The notes: generated from the sequence alone by a model not told the origin. Numbered from the stretch's first letter, positions 9,170 to 17,085 are shown. The stretch: 64,000 nucleotides of DNA from an uncultured Gammaproteobacteria bacterium (GCA_964573695.1 CAZNKB010000002.1:44302-108301), one strand, 5' to 3'. A program made the numbers and translations.

Positions 9170-9772
9170 ATGCGAATCCTGGGAAACGCGCAGAAAATAC
9201 AATGCATTATGTTAGGAGAAATACCATTTCACACGCAAGAAACCCGTCGCAGCCGCAAATCCAGAAGTGCTTCCCAATACCGGGATGTCTTGCCTGAATA
9301 CGGCAAGCTGCTAGGACGGCTTTCCCGACACCTCATGTGGCATCACGGTGACGGCGTACTGACGCTGGGCAATTCGGCGGAAAACATGTGGAAAGACATG
9401 CGCTCGATGTCTCCGCTACAATCATTTGCCATACTGCCGCCTGCAGGGCATATCACCGGAGAAATTGCCTATGAACTCTATACCGGAAACCTTTTCGATA
9501 TGGAGTCCGCAGTCCGCCGATCCGGCATACTGTTTCCTGGTAGGGTGATTGTCGAAGATTATGCAAGAAGAGCTAGTAAAATCATCAAATTAGACGGGCT
9601 CTTTAAACACTTGGGATTTGCCGTGCGATTTGCCGTTCTCTATGCGTCACCTCATGCGTTATGGGAATTTGCCGATTATGGTATCCCCGTCCACGTAGTG
9701 GCGACCAAAACGAACCAAAGGCTTCAGGATTTGCTTGCTACACGGAAAACTGACCGTTGGCACAAGGAGTAG
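9170..9772 (+). CDS. Hypothetical protein
   Basis: 200 aa ORF downstream of a TATAAT; start uncertain. Confidence 0.6.
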   Translation: MRILGNAQKIQCIMLGEIPFHTQETRRSRKSRSASQYRDVLPEYGKLLGRLSRHLMWHHGDGVLTLGNSAENMWKDMRSMSPLQSFAILPPAGHITGEIAYELYTGNLFDMESAVRRSGILFPGRVIVEDYARRASKIIKLDGLFKHLGFAVRFAVLYASPHALWEFADYGIPVHVVATKTNQRLQDLLATRKTDRWHKE

Positions 9773-9798
9773 CGCGCCACCCGGTCCGCACAGGAGAT

Positions 9799-10068
9799 CT
9801 ACGTACGGTAATAATGCGACTTCCAGTAATTTTTAAAAAACGGCAGCGTCAGCGTAGACAGAAAGAATCCTACCGTAGGGATGACCGCATTGATCCACGG
9901 CTTATCAACCTCAATGACGTACATATAGAGGCTTATGGACACGTACGTAAAAACCATAAGGATCACTTTCCGAAACAAGCTCGTTTCCCATGATTTGTCG
10001 AGCTCGACAGAGGCGTTTCGTTTTTCGATTGCGCCAATTCGCTGCTCCAACTCCGTTATAGAAGACAT
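9799..10068 (-). CDS. Small membrane protein (89 aa)
   Basis: MSSITELEQRI...DKSWETS followed by two hydrophobic helices; TATAAT 6 bp upstream of ATG 10068. Confidence 0.75.
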   Translation of the reverse strand: MSSITELEQRIGAIEKRNASVELDKSWETSLFRKVILMVFTYVSISLYMYVIEVDKPWINAVIPTVGFFLSTLTLPFFKNYWKSHYYRT

Positions 10069-10186
10069 GATGAGATTATAACAATCGGAAAACGCGTGTA
10101 CAAACGCATGAAGGTGATCGCTGATATTTGACAACGACACACATTCACACTGTAATATTACGTACAATAGAAGAAAGGACGTACGT

Positions 10187-10618
10187 ATGAAAACCACCAG
10201 CAAAAAGATCACAGGATTTACCGACGACGAACGCGCTGCGATGAAGGAGCACATCCTGGAACTCCGGGCGGCCGCACCAGGCCAGGACGGGGAAAAAGCC
10301 GTACTTGGCAAAATCGCCCAAATGCCGGAACCGGACCGGGCTATGGCCAAACGTCTCCACACGATAATAAGAACAAATGCACCGTCACTTACGCCAAGAC
10401 TCTGGTACGGGATGCCAGCGTATGCCAACAAAGACGGCAAGGTCGTTTGTTTCTTCCAGGGAGCGAGCAAATTTAAGGCGCGGTACTCCACACTGGGATT
10501 CAATGACTCGGCGATGCTCGATGAAGGCGCCCTGTGGCCGACAGCCTTTGCGCTCAAGGAGCTAACGAGCTCCGTAGAGACCACTATCGCCAAGCTCGTG
10601 AAAAAAGCAGTGAGCTAA
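10187..10618 (+). CDS. DUF1801 / YdhG-like protein
   Basis: [13 protein letters not shown]...VVCFFQ...RYSTLGF pattern; AAGGA SD. Confidence 0.85.
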   Translation: MKTTSKKITGFTDDERAAMKEHILELRAAAPGQDGEKAVLGKIAQMPEPDRAMAKRLHTIIRTNAPSLTPRLWYGMPAYANKDGKVVCFFQGASKFKARYSTLGFNDSAMLDEGALWPTAFALKELTSSVETTIAKLVKKAVS

Positions 10619-10737
10619 AAGACGAGACAGTTACACTCCTGAAGTACAACAACTTCGCACATGGGAAAAATACATAGCAATGCGCGTGATTTGGTAGAGC
10701 GTAGATACGAAATTCGTACGCTTTATAAATAAGGGTA

Positions 10738-12087
10738 TTATTCGTATCTTCGACTGTCCTCAATAATATGTTTAATTATCTCAATCTTGTCTTTTGTTAA
10801 ATCGATTGTTTCCTTCATGCTTTCCCACCACATTGCTAATGATATGGCGCTATATATTGACGTCAACGTTTCGTATGATCCAATTCGTATTCTAGATTTA
10901 TGAGATACTAGATTTCTATATTTTCTAAGTTCTTTAAGGTTCTCGTTTATTATTTTTGGGAAAATTAGGTTTGCCCCAGAACTGTTGAGGTTCGAAATGC
11001 TGATGTCTAACATAGATTTTTGGTGGTTAGTATAGTTAATTGATTCTCGGATAAGATCAAATATTTGATTATGTTCATGTGCACTTTTTATCTTTGTTTT
11101 TTTGGCTTCTTCAAGTTTTTTGTATAAATCCTCTAAATTGTATTTTTTGAATGAGTTAGTTTTTAGTATGCTGCTGGTTTCACGACCTAATAAGCTATAC
11201 AAATCTCCGAATGATGCCTCTCTTGAACAAGCCTTTCTAAATAAGGTTTCGTAAATTTGGGTGAGGTATTCTTCTGCAATAATTCCCGAGTCGGATATAG
11301 AGTATTTATATTCCCTATCGAAGTAGTTTTTGATAGATGCTTCGATTAACTTATTTAGCCTTTTATCTTCGAGAATATGCTTATGTAAATAATTTAGTAC
11401 CTTAAAATAAGGAAGAAGGATTTTGTTGTCAGGTGAAAATACTAGCTGTAGTTTGAAGTTGGTAATTTTGCCAATTTTGATTAAAAACTTTGCAAAATTT
11501 TCAAGACCTTCCTTTTCAGCCGAAAAAAATATAATTTTTTGATTTTCACTGCCAGGGATAGGGAATAGTTCTAAAAATATTACATAGCTCTCTTTAAGTT
11601 TAAAAACGCCCCCTTTTCTGCTAATGTAATCAGAAAAATTATTATAATAAAGGTTGTCTTTGAATAGTTGGAAAGCTTCTGAGTAGTTCTTTTTAATATA
11701 CTTCTTGTTGATTCTTTTTAAATTCTGTCGAGCGACAAATTCCTCAACTGGAGAAATTTTCTCTTCGTTTACATCTTTAAGAATCGAGTCTTCAGATGAT
11801 TCACAACTAATCTTTCCGTTCACAAGATATCTGAATAGGATAAAAATTGACTCAATATCCCAAAATGCTCGAGATAAATACTTTTCATTAACTGGATCAG
11901 ATTTTATACGTCCTCGTTTTTCGGTTTTTGAAAACCTCTTTAATTGTGTTGTTAAATCGTTTTGTAAGTACTCTGTTATTCCTTCTTTCTTCAAGTAAGT
12001 AATATCCAAAAACCACATTCCTTGTTTTGTTGGATATTTTAGATAATTAATTAACTTTTCTTGTTGTTCTTTATTAAGTGTATTCAT
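10738..12087 (-). CDS. HEPN-domain (DUF4145/Abi-C-like) protein, putative toxin or defence RNase
   Basis: C-terminal SGIIAEEYLTQIY ... LRKYRNLVSH (RxxxxH); N-terminal region not recognised. Confidence 0.7.
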   Translation of the reverse strand: MNTLNKEQQEKLINYLKYPTKQGMWFLDITYLKKEGITEYLQNDLTTQLKRFSKTEKRGRIKSDPVNEKYLSRAFWDIESIFILFRYLVNGKISCESSEDSILKDVNEEKISPVEEFVARQNLKRINKKYIKKNYSEAFQLFKDNLYYNNFSDYISRKGGVFKLKESYVIFLELFPIPGSENQKIIFFSAEKEGLENFAKFLIKIGKITNFKLQLVFSPDNKILLPYFKVLNYLHKHILEDKRLNKLIEASIKNYFDREYKYSISDSGIIAEEYLTQIYETLFRKACSREASFGDLYSLLGRETSSILKTNSFKKYNLEDLYKKLEEAKKTKIKSAHEHNQIFDLIRESINYTNHQKSMLDISISNLNSSGANLIFPKIINENLKELRKYRNLVSHKSRIRIGSYETLTSIYSAISLAMWWESMKETIDLTKDKIEIIKHIIEDSRRYE

Positions 12088-12097
12088 ATTAACTTAC

Positions 12098-12120
12098 AAA
12101 AAAACTGCCCGTGAGGGCAG
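12098..12120 (-). terminator. Terminator-like hairpin 10 bp upstream of the HEPN gene start
   Basis: Minus strand CUGCCC-UCAC-GGGCAG-UUUUUUU. Confidence 0.75.
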
Positions 12121-12202
12121 CTCGTGTAGTATACATCAAAACAATTATTTAACAAACTAATCATGTCATGTTTGGCGTGGCAGCTCTACAGAATCTACTT
12201 AT

Positions 12203-12247
12203 GTACTCCTGCCGGATGAATAGCAGCGCTAAGAAGCGCTCCGAACC
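12203..12247 (-). repeat. Interrupted copy B of the tRNA-Glu 3' end (att-like)
   Basis: GTACTCCTGCCGGAT-[GAATAGCAGCGCTAAGAAGCGCT]-CCGAACC versus the tRNA GTACCCCCTGCCGGAT-TCGAACC (plus-strand view). Confidence 0.8.
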
Positions 12248-12277
12248 CGCCTTAAAGCGAGGTTCATCGTCGTGAGG

Positions 12278-12313
12278 TACTAAAAACCGGCACCGGGCCG
12301 GTTTTCTTAGTAC
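12278..12313. terminator. Long hairpin downstream of the three-gene operon
   Basis: GTACTAAAAACCGG-caccggg-CCGGTTTTCTTAGTAC. Confidence 0.6.
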
Positions 12314-12352
12314 AGGTGTTGGGACGAAATTGGAACGACTCTTACTAGTCTC

Positions 12353-12949
12353 TTATAACGAATTGACTAGCATTTTTAATTTTGTAATATTTCTACAATA
12401 ACTGAAATAGTTTAATTCTGTCACCCTAAATGTGTCTGAGGATATTTTTGCATTTCTATTTCTAAAATTTAATGTTAAATCGTCATTATATGAATATTGC
12501 TTCTTTACTAGAATATCAATGATTTCATGAAATTTTCTATTGCGACTATATTCTGATATTTTATCTTTTAATATCGAAAGTAAGTTACTTTGAGCTCTCA
12601 GCTTTAGGATAATTTTGTTCGCCACTAATTTTGTTAGAATTTTATCTTTTAAGAAAACCTCTTCGACACCACGATGCAATTCACTAAGATCTGACTCAAA
12701 TTTCACACAGTCAGCTATTAAAATATCCTTCTCCATGCGTTTATTATTAATTTTTTTATCAAGATAAAAGGGAATATAAATAGCTATAAAAAATGTTAGA
12801 AGGAAGCTGGCTATATCACCAACAGCTAATTTAGTATCAAAAGTTAAATAAGGGAAGTCTCTTATTACAACTCCGAGCGCAATCCCTATTAGAAGAAAAA
12901 GAAGGGTTATTAAAACTTCAGCACTAATAAATCCTGTACCACTTTTCAC
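12353..12949 (-). CDS. Membrane protein with two N-terminal TM helices and a helical soluble domain
   Basis: Two hydrophobic segments in the first ~65 aa; ATG/GTG start overlaps the upstream stop by 4 bp. Confidence 0.75.
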   Translation of the reverse strand: MKSGTGFISAEVLITLLFLLIGIALGVVIRDFPYLTFDTKLAVGDIASFLLTFFIAIYIPFYLDKKINNKRMEKDILIADCVKFESDLSELHRGVEEVFLKDKILTKLVANKIILKLRAQSNLLSILKDKISEYSRNRKFHEIIDILVKKQYSYNDDLTLNFRNRNAKISSDTFRVTELNYFSYCRNITKLKMLVNSL

Positions 12950-13290
12950 TGTGTATTAGTTTCGTCAATTATGCTTAATATAGAAGTGATCAAAAGAGGC
13001 TCATCATTACTTATTAATTTAATTTTTTCTTTAATTTTATTCTTGTCTTTATACTCTTTTGTTAATCTAGTAAAAACTTCTGAGGTGAACGAGGAAGCAT
13101 AACCAAAAGTTCCATCCAAATCTAGATTTAATATCTTAAATTCATCATTCCATACCAAATCAACTTTTGGTTTAAGAACGTCTATAAAGAAAGCCTCTCC
13201 AGAATTAGGTCCATCAGACCTATATCTTGCTCCAGGGTATTTACTAAAATCAGTTGCAATTTTAACCGTAATTTCTTCAATCGAAGTCAT
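12946..13290 (-). CDS. Stand-alone STAS-like protein (DUF4325-type)
   Basis: DFSKYPGARYRSDGPNSGEAF...LDLDGTFGYASSFTSEVF; start taken at MTSIEE, 1 bp after the upstream stop. Confidence 0.82.
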   Translation of the reverse strand: MTSIEEITVKIATDFSKYPGARYRSDGPNSGEAFFIDVLKPKVDLVWNDEFKILNLDLDGTFGYASSFTSEVFTRLTKEYKDKNKIKEKIKLISNDEPLLITSILSIIDETNTQ

Positions 13291-13291
13291 A

Positions 13292-14365
13292 TTAAGGCAC
13301 CAACTCCCAATAGTACATTGTGCCATTAAACATAGCACCAAGGGACTCAACTGTATCAGGCATATTATACCCGATCTTAGCAATTACATCATTACTCAGC
13401 ATAGTAAAGTGTTTTATTTGTTGATCTGATTTAACCCACTTGTATATGTTATATAAACCATTTCCTCTCTCCTCCAATTTTGTTGATGATCTATTAACTC
13501 CTGAAAATATTTTAACTAATGTAGCGCGATTGTCGGTAAGATTAATGACTGACTTAAAAAATGCGCTAAGGAGATTACGCTTGTATTTTTCTTCAAGGGA
13601 GTCAAAAATCCCAATACCTAAATCTAAAAAGCAAAACTTAGTTATTTTTGTTTCAGGCTCTTTATAAGCTAATAACCACCAGTTATATATTTTAATATTT
13701 TTATCTGGACTAGCATGGTTCCAACTATTAGACATGCACTCGATCAACATTGTGTAACTCTTCTGTCTCATGGGATCAACTTCTCCGAATGTGTGGTGGA
13801 CTGCCGACTCGACAATTTTTCCTGCTAATTCCGACTCAACTTGTTCTTTTGTAATGCGATGGATAAGTTTGTCTACATACTCCTGATCGGGGTTATAGTC
13901 TTTATTTTGAGATTTTACAAAATCAAAAAATCCTGATCTTGCAAAAACCTCTCTGATTTTTGCATCTTTTGGTGAAAAACCTTGCAGTGGTGTGTTACTA
14001 GTACAACTATCATCATTTATGAAAGCACAAAGATATGTAATAGTCTCAGGACCCATCACAACGACGTCTTTTAAGTCAAAAATAACAGGTGTTTTATTGC
14101 GTAAAAGATTTTTTGCATGTTGGAAAAAATTAATAACAATAAGCGGATCATTAAGTAGAGAAAATGTAGTCGGGGCTACACAATTTTCATGATCACTTTT
14201 TTGAGGGTGATCGACAAACTTCTTTACTCTAGCCCTATTAACTTGCTTGCTTAAATTCTCATACCTCAATTTTTTCCTTAATAATTTTCGTTCTCTATTA
14301 TGGTGCGCCTTCCTGATAGGGGAACGTTTAAGAAATTCGCGAAATTTATTTCCTCTTTTTTTCAT
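13292..14365 (-). CDS. STAS-like + GHKL (HATPase_c) ATP-binding protein
   Basis: N box ECMSNSWNHA, G1 FLDLGIGI, G2 RGNGL, G3 GTMY; N-terminal FDLKDV...ARSGFFDF STAS-like segment; start taken at MKKRGNK (14365). Confidence 0.82.
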   Translation of the reverse strand: MKKRGNKFREFLKRSPIRKAHHNRERKLLRKKLRYENLSKQVNRARVKKFVDHPQKSDHENCVAPTTFSLLNDPLIVINFFQHAKNLLRNKTPVIFDLKDVVVMGPETITYLCAFINDDSCTSNTPLQGFSPKDAKIREVFARSGFFDFVKSQNKDYNPDQEYVDKLIHRITKEQVESELAGKIVESAVHHTFGEVDPMRQKSYTMLIECMSNSWNHASPDKNIKIYNWWLLAYKEPETKITKFCFLDLGIGIFDSLEEKYKRNLLSAFFKSVINLTDNRATLVKIFSGVNRSSTKLEERGNGLYNIYKWVKSDQQIKHFTMLSNDVIAKIGYNMPDTVESLGAMFNGTMYYWELVP

Positions 14366-14436
14366 ATTAGCTTTGTAATCTATCAAATGGATTATATCAT
14401 CGGGACAAAATACGTTATTAAGGAGCGCCGCCTCTT

Positions 14437-14488
14437 GATGCGCGTCAGGGGTGAGTCCTCGAACCCGCGACAGCCCTTGACGCGCATC
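14437..14488. repeat. Long inverted repeat enclosing a T-arm-like sequence
   Basis: GATGCGCGTCAGGGG ... CCCTTGACGCGCATC, with CTCGAACCCGCGAC in the loop. Confidence 0.7.
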
Positions 14489-14582
14489 CGTGTTCCATAA
14501 TTGTTCTAGAGGGAGGATGCTTTCCAAGGGAAGCCCGGATTTGGTTTGAATTAGCTTTACACCTCGGAGGTGTAGGTACCAG

Positions 14583-14633
14583 GAGTACCCCCTTGCCGGA
14601 TGAATAACAGCGCAAAGAAGCGCTCCGAACCGG
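14583..14633 (-). repeat. Interrupted copy A of the tRNA-Glu 3' end (att-like)
   Basis: GAGTACCCCCTTGCCGGAT-[GAATAACAGCGCAAAGAAGCGCT]-CCGAACCGG versus the tRNA GAGTACCCCCTGCCGGAT-TCGAACCGG. Confidence 0.85.
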
Positions 14634-14721
14634 ATTTGGTTTGACTACAAACCACTCACCAGCACTAATGCTCGAAGACTCGCAAAGTGCTGGACTGCGA
14701 ACCGGTAAACCGGTTCAAATC
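14633..14721. repeat. Structured multi-hairpin repeat, copy 1
   Basis: GATTT..AAATC outer stem; GGTTTG/CAAACC hairpin; CACTCACCAGCA...TGCTGGACTGCG core; GAACCGG/CCGGTTC hairpin. Confidence 0.7.
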
Positions 14722-14734
14722 GCCAAGCGAATAT

Positions 14735-14774
14735 TCACAAAAAAATCCGGCGACATGCCGGATTCTTTTTGTGA
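14735..14774 (-). terminator. tRNA-Glu terminator (long inverted repeat)
   Basis: TCACAAAAAAATCCGGC-gacat-GCCGGATTCTTTTTGTGA. Confidence 0.8.
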
Positions 14775-14775
14775 G

Positions 14776-14849
14776 TACCCCCTGCCGGATTCGAACCGGC
14801 GATTCACGGGCTGAAAACCCGTTGTCCTAGGCCGCTAGACGAAGGGGGC
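14776..14849 (-). tRNA. tRNA-Glu(TTC)
   Basis: GCCCCCT..AGGGGGT acceptor stem, ACGGG-TTTTCAG-CCCGT anticodon arm, GCCGG-TTCGAAT-CCGGC T arm; no encoded CCA. Confidence 0.97.
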
Positions 14850-14867
14850 AATATTCACTTGTTAACG

Positions 14868-14966
14868 AATCCGGCAAGCCGGATTGCCGAGATTATTCGG
14901 CACTCACCAGCAGTAAGTCTCGCTTCGCTTGCTCCACTCATCAACTGCTGGACTGCGCCTCGATTC
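14868..14966. repeat. Structured multi-hairpin repeat, copy 2
   Basis: GAATC..GATTC outer stem, TGCCGA/TCGGCA hairpin, same CACTCACCAGCA...TGCTGGACTGCG core. Confidence 0.7.
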
Positions 14967-14970
14967 CGAT

Positions 14971-14998
14971 GTTACCGGGGACCGGCAACGAAGGGGGC
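14971..14998 (-). repeat. Duplicated tRNA-Glu 5' end followed by a hairpin
   Basis: Minus strand GCCCCCTTCGT (tRNA nt 1-11, exact) running into GTTGCCGG-TCC-CCGGTAAC; TGgTACAAT promoter at 15012-15020. Confidence 0.75.
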
Positions 14999-15122
14999 GC
15001 TACTACCAAGTATTGTACCAAATATCAGGGACAAAAAAAATAACGCCCGAAATCTGTACCAAACAGCACTCCGCATATTTGCGGACTACGTGTTGGCCCA
15101 AAAAGGGCGTTATACCATATCG

Positions 15123-15539
15123 TCAATTGTCCCCCCGAATAATATTCGCTGACCATTTCATGAGCATACCAAACACTGCAGATATGATGACAGGTTTGAT
15201 AAACTGCATGACGGAAAATTGTATAAACCAGGCATTCCTAGCAGTCTCAGTAACATCTGCCTGGAGCGCTACGGGAACACCGTATAATAAAATCGGCCAT
15301 AGCGCGGCGTTAACACAGACAATAATCCACGACCACACGCCGTAGTCAGCCGCCAAAATAAACGCGGCGATGACTGCGACAATCAATTGCAACAGTATGA
15401 GAAATTGATAGTCCGGTGGCTCTGCTGCTATGTTATACGCAAGTATTCCGACAGGCGGGCCGATGCTGACTATGAACAATAAAAGAAATTGATTTATCTT
15501 TTTCTTGTGTTTCTTTGGTTTCCATTTGTTGACTGGCAT
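15123..15539 (-). CDS. Membrane protein (about 4 TM)
   Basis: Hydrophobic helices; GGAGG SD before ATG 15539. Confidence 0.7.
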   Translation of the reverse strand: MPVNKWKPKKHKKKINQFLLLFIVSIGPPVGILAYNIAAEPPDYQFLILLQLIVAVIAAFILAADYGVWSWIIVCVNAALWPILLYGVPVALQADVTETARNAWFIQFSVMQFIKPVIISAVFGMLMKWSANIIRGDN

Positions 15540-15819
15540 AGGGGTATCCTCCGGTGAAAAAATTTGAATGAAGCTATCCAAAGCGATTTAGGTACTTCGC
15601 TCCAGGTAGCCTCATCCAATCCGAAGGAGGGCAAAACGACATGTCAAAGAACCACCTGCCGCACCCGCTTACCACTCCGGCGTGTCGGAGCGTGCCAATG
15701 CGATAGGTAATGTGCGATTATATCGCACCAAAGCCAAAAACTCATCTTCTCACCCATATCCGTTACCATTCCTAACCTTTCGATTTGCTTATCTTTTGGG
15801 CACCCACTAGACTACACTC

Positions 15820-17085
15820 ATGGAACGAAGCCCGGAACCCCTACCGAAACGGCGATACGAATCCCCACTTCACCTCACCTGGGAAGTCAAAGACCCGGTC
15901 AAATTTACCGAGCTTGAGGACGTCGTCACAAAGCAACATAAACTCATGACGAACCCTCCCGCCGTATTTCGGGGCGGAGGTGTATTCTCCCCGACTTCAA
16001 AGGATTTGGCGCTTCCCTATCGTCATTTTCTCGCTTCGGAGCGCCCTTTTGTCGTCATGCCGGTAACGACGGAAGCAGGCGGCAAGCTTACGGACGTCAT
16101 CCACTTCCCGACGTCTACGGAAGAATTGAGATTCGATGCCAATCTAGCGGCGTATAAGCAGCACCTCGGAGACTATGTTTCGGGTCACTGGAACAAAGAA
16201 GGTATGTCACCTATCCCGAAGACGACTGATATCACCACGCTTCCTGACGGACGCTATGTGACGACGGAGGAATACCGCGGCTATACCAAAGGCATCGGCA
16301 AAGGCCCGGGAGCTCTTGGTATCCATGAGCTGGATATCCAGCATGTTACACCCGACGATATGCGCCATATCGTACGGACACTCAGCAGCGCCACTCCTAG
16401 CTCCAGAGACTTCTACAGTTGGATAAGAGAAAACAACCGCGTATTGCCGGAGGAAAGTTTACTCAATCCCGCTAACCCCAAGACGGCACTGCGCGGACAG
16501 GAATGGTGGTCTTCGCCCGGAGCCCCGCAGGAAACGAGATCCCAGGAACTCGCCAAACAGCTCAAACCCCTGGAAAAGGATTTCCATGCGGTCGATCCGG
16601 CTATGGATCCATACCAAAAAATTGTGACCCTCATCGAGAACAATATGCAGATATTTCTTCATCAGAACGGACAGGCGGATCACCCTGAGCTCGTCGCAGA
16701 GCCGGTCGTCGTCCACGGCGCGCTCTATCCGGATAACATACAATTGTCGCGCCAGAGAGGCACCCAGGTTCCCGACGTTACGATACTTGGCGGAGATCGC
16801 GCACACATCGGCGTACGGGGAGAAATGATCGACTGGCTAGTGACTGCCGCTGCAGAATCTCCCGCGCATCAAAAGGCCATGATTGAGGAATTCATCGCTC
16901 TTCACCCTTCCGAATCAGACAGGCGTGGGCTGGCGATGCACGTGCTGTACCGCTCACTCAAAGAAGCGCCCTGGTTTGCCAAACACCGGCCCTCGGCTTA
17001 CCGAAACCTCATCCGACTCAGTTACGATATCCTGGAAGGAAATGGTATCTGGAAGGACGTCAATACCCCATACAACGCCAAATAA
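15820..17085 (+). CDS. Hypothetical protein with a degenerate APH/choline-kinase-like C-terminus
   Basis: VVVHGALYPDNI resembles HGDLxxxN; ILGGDRAHIG resembles IDWxxAxxG. Confidence 0.6.
   Translation: MERSPEPLPKRRYESPLHLTWEVKDPVKFTELEDVVTKQHKLMTNPPAVFRGGGVFSPTSKDLALPYRHFLASERPFVVMPVTTEAGGKLTDVIHFPTSTEELRFDANLAAYKQHLGDYVSGHWNKEGMSPIPKTTDITTLPDGRYVTTEEYRGYTKGIGKGPGALGIHELDIQHVTPDDMRHIVRTLSSATPSSRDFYSWIRENNRVLPEESLLNPANPKTALRGQEWWSSPGAPQETRSQELAKQLKPLEKDFHAVDPAMDPYQKIVTLIENNMQIFLHQNGQADHPELVAEPVVVHGALYPDNIQLSRQRGTQVPDVTILGGDRAHIGVRGEMIDWLVTAAAESPAHQKAMIEEFIALHPSESDRRGLAMHVLYRSLKEAPWFAKHRPSAYRNLIRLSYDILEGNGIWKDVNTPYNAK

Larger units (their letters stand above)
10704..14633 (-). mobile_element. 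AT-rich cargo island downstream of tRNA-Glu (no integrase in the window)
   Basis: Visibly much lower GC than the flanks; contains two interrupted copies of the tRNA-Glu 3' end. Boundaries approximate. Confidence 0.75.

Noticed and set aside
10069-10593. 264-aa ORF 9799..10593
   Set aside because: The upstream part is antisense to the DUF1801 gene; only 9799..10068 looks like a real gene.
14366-14527. N-terminal extension of the GHKL ORF in the ORF track (start 14527)
   Set aside because: It runs through GC-rich palindromic non-coding DNA. The ATG at 14365 fits the composition change and a nearby TATAAT-like -10.
14730-14858. AATATTCAC on both sides of tRNA-Glu as a target-site duplication
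   Set aside because: Short and AT-rich, and it also occurs at about 3500 in an unrelated context.
12203-14998. CRISPR array or integron attC array
   Set aside because: Only two copies of each repeat, irregular spacing, no cas or intI gene, and no clear RYYYAAC/GTTRRRY attC ends.
15712-15728. Palindrome GTGCGA-TTATA-TCGCAC as an operator
   Set aside because: Single occurrence with no adjacent regulator; cannot be supported from the sequence alone.
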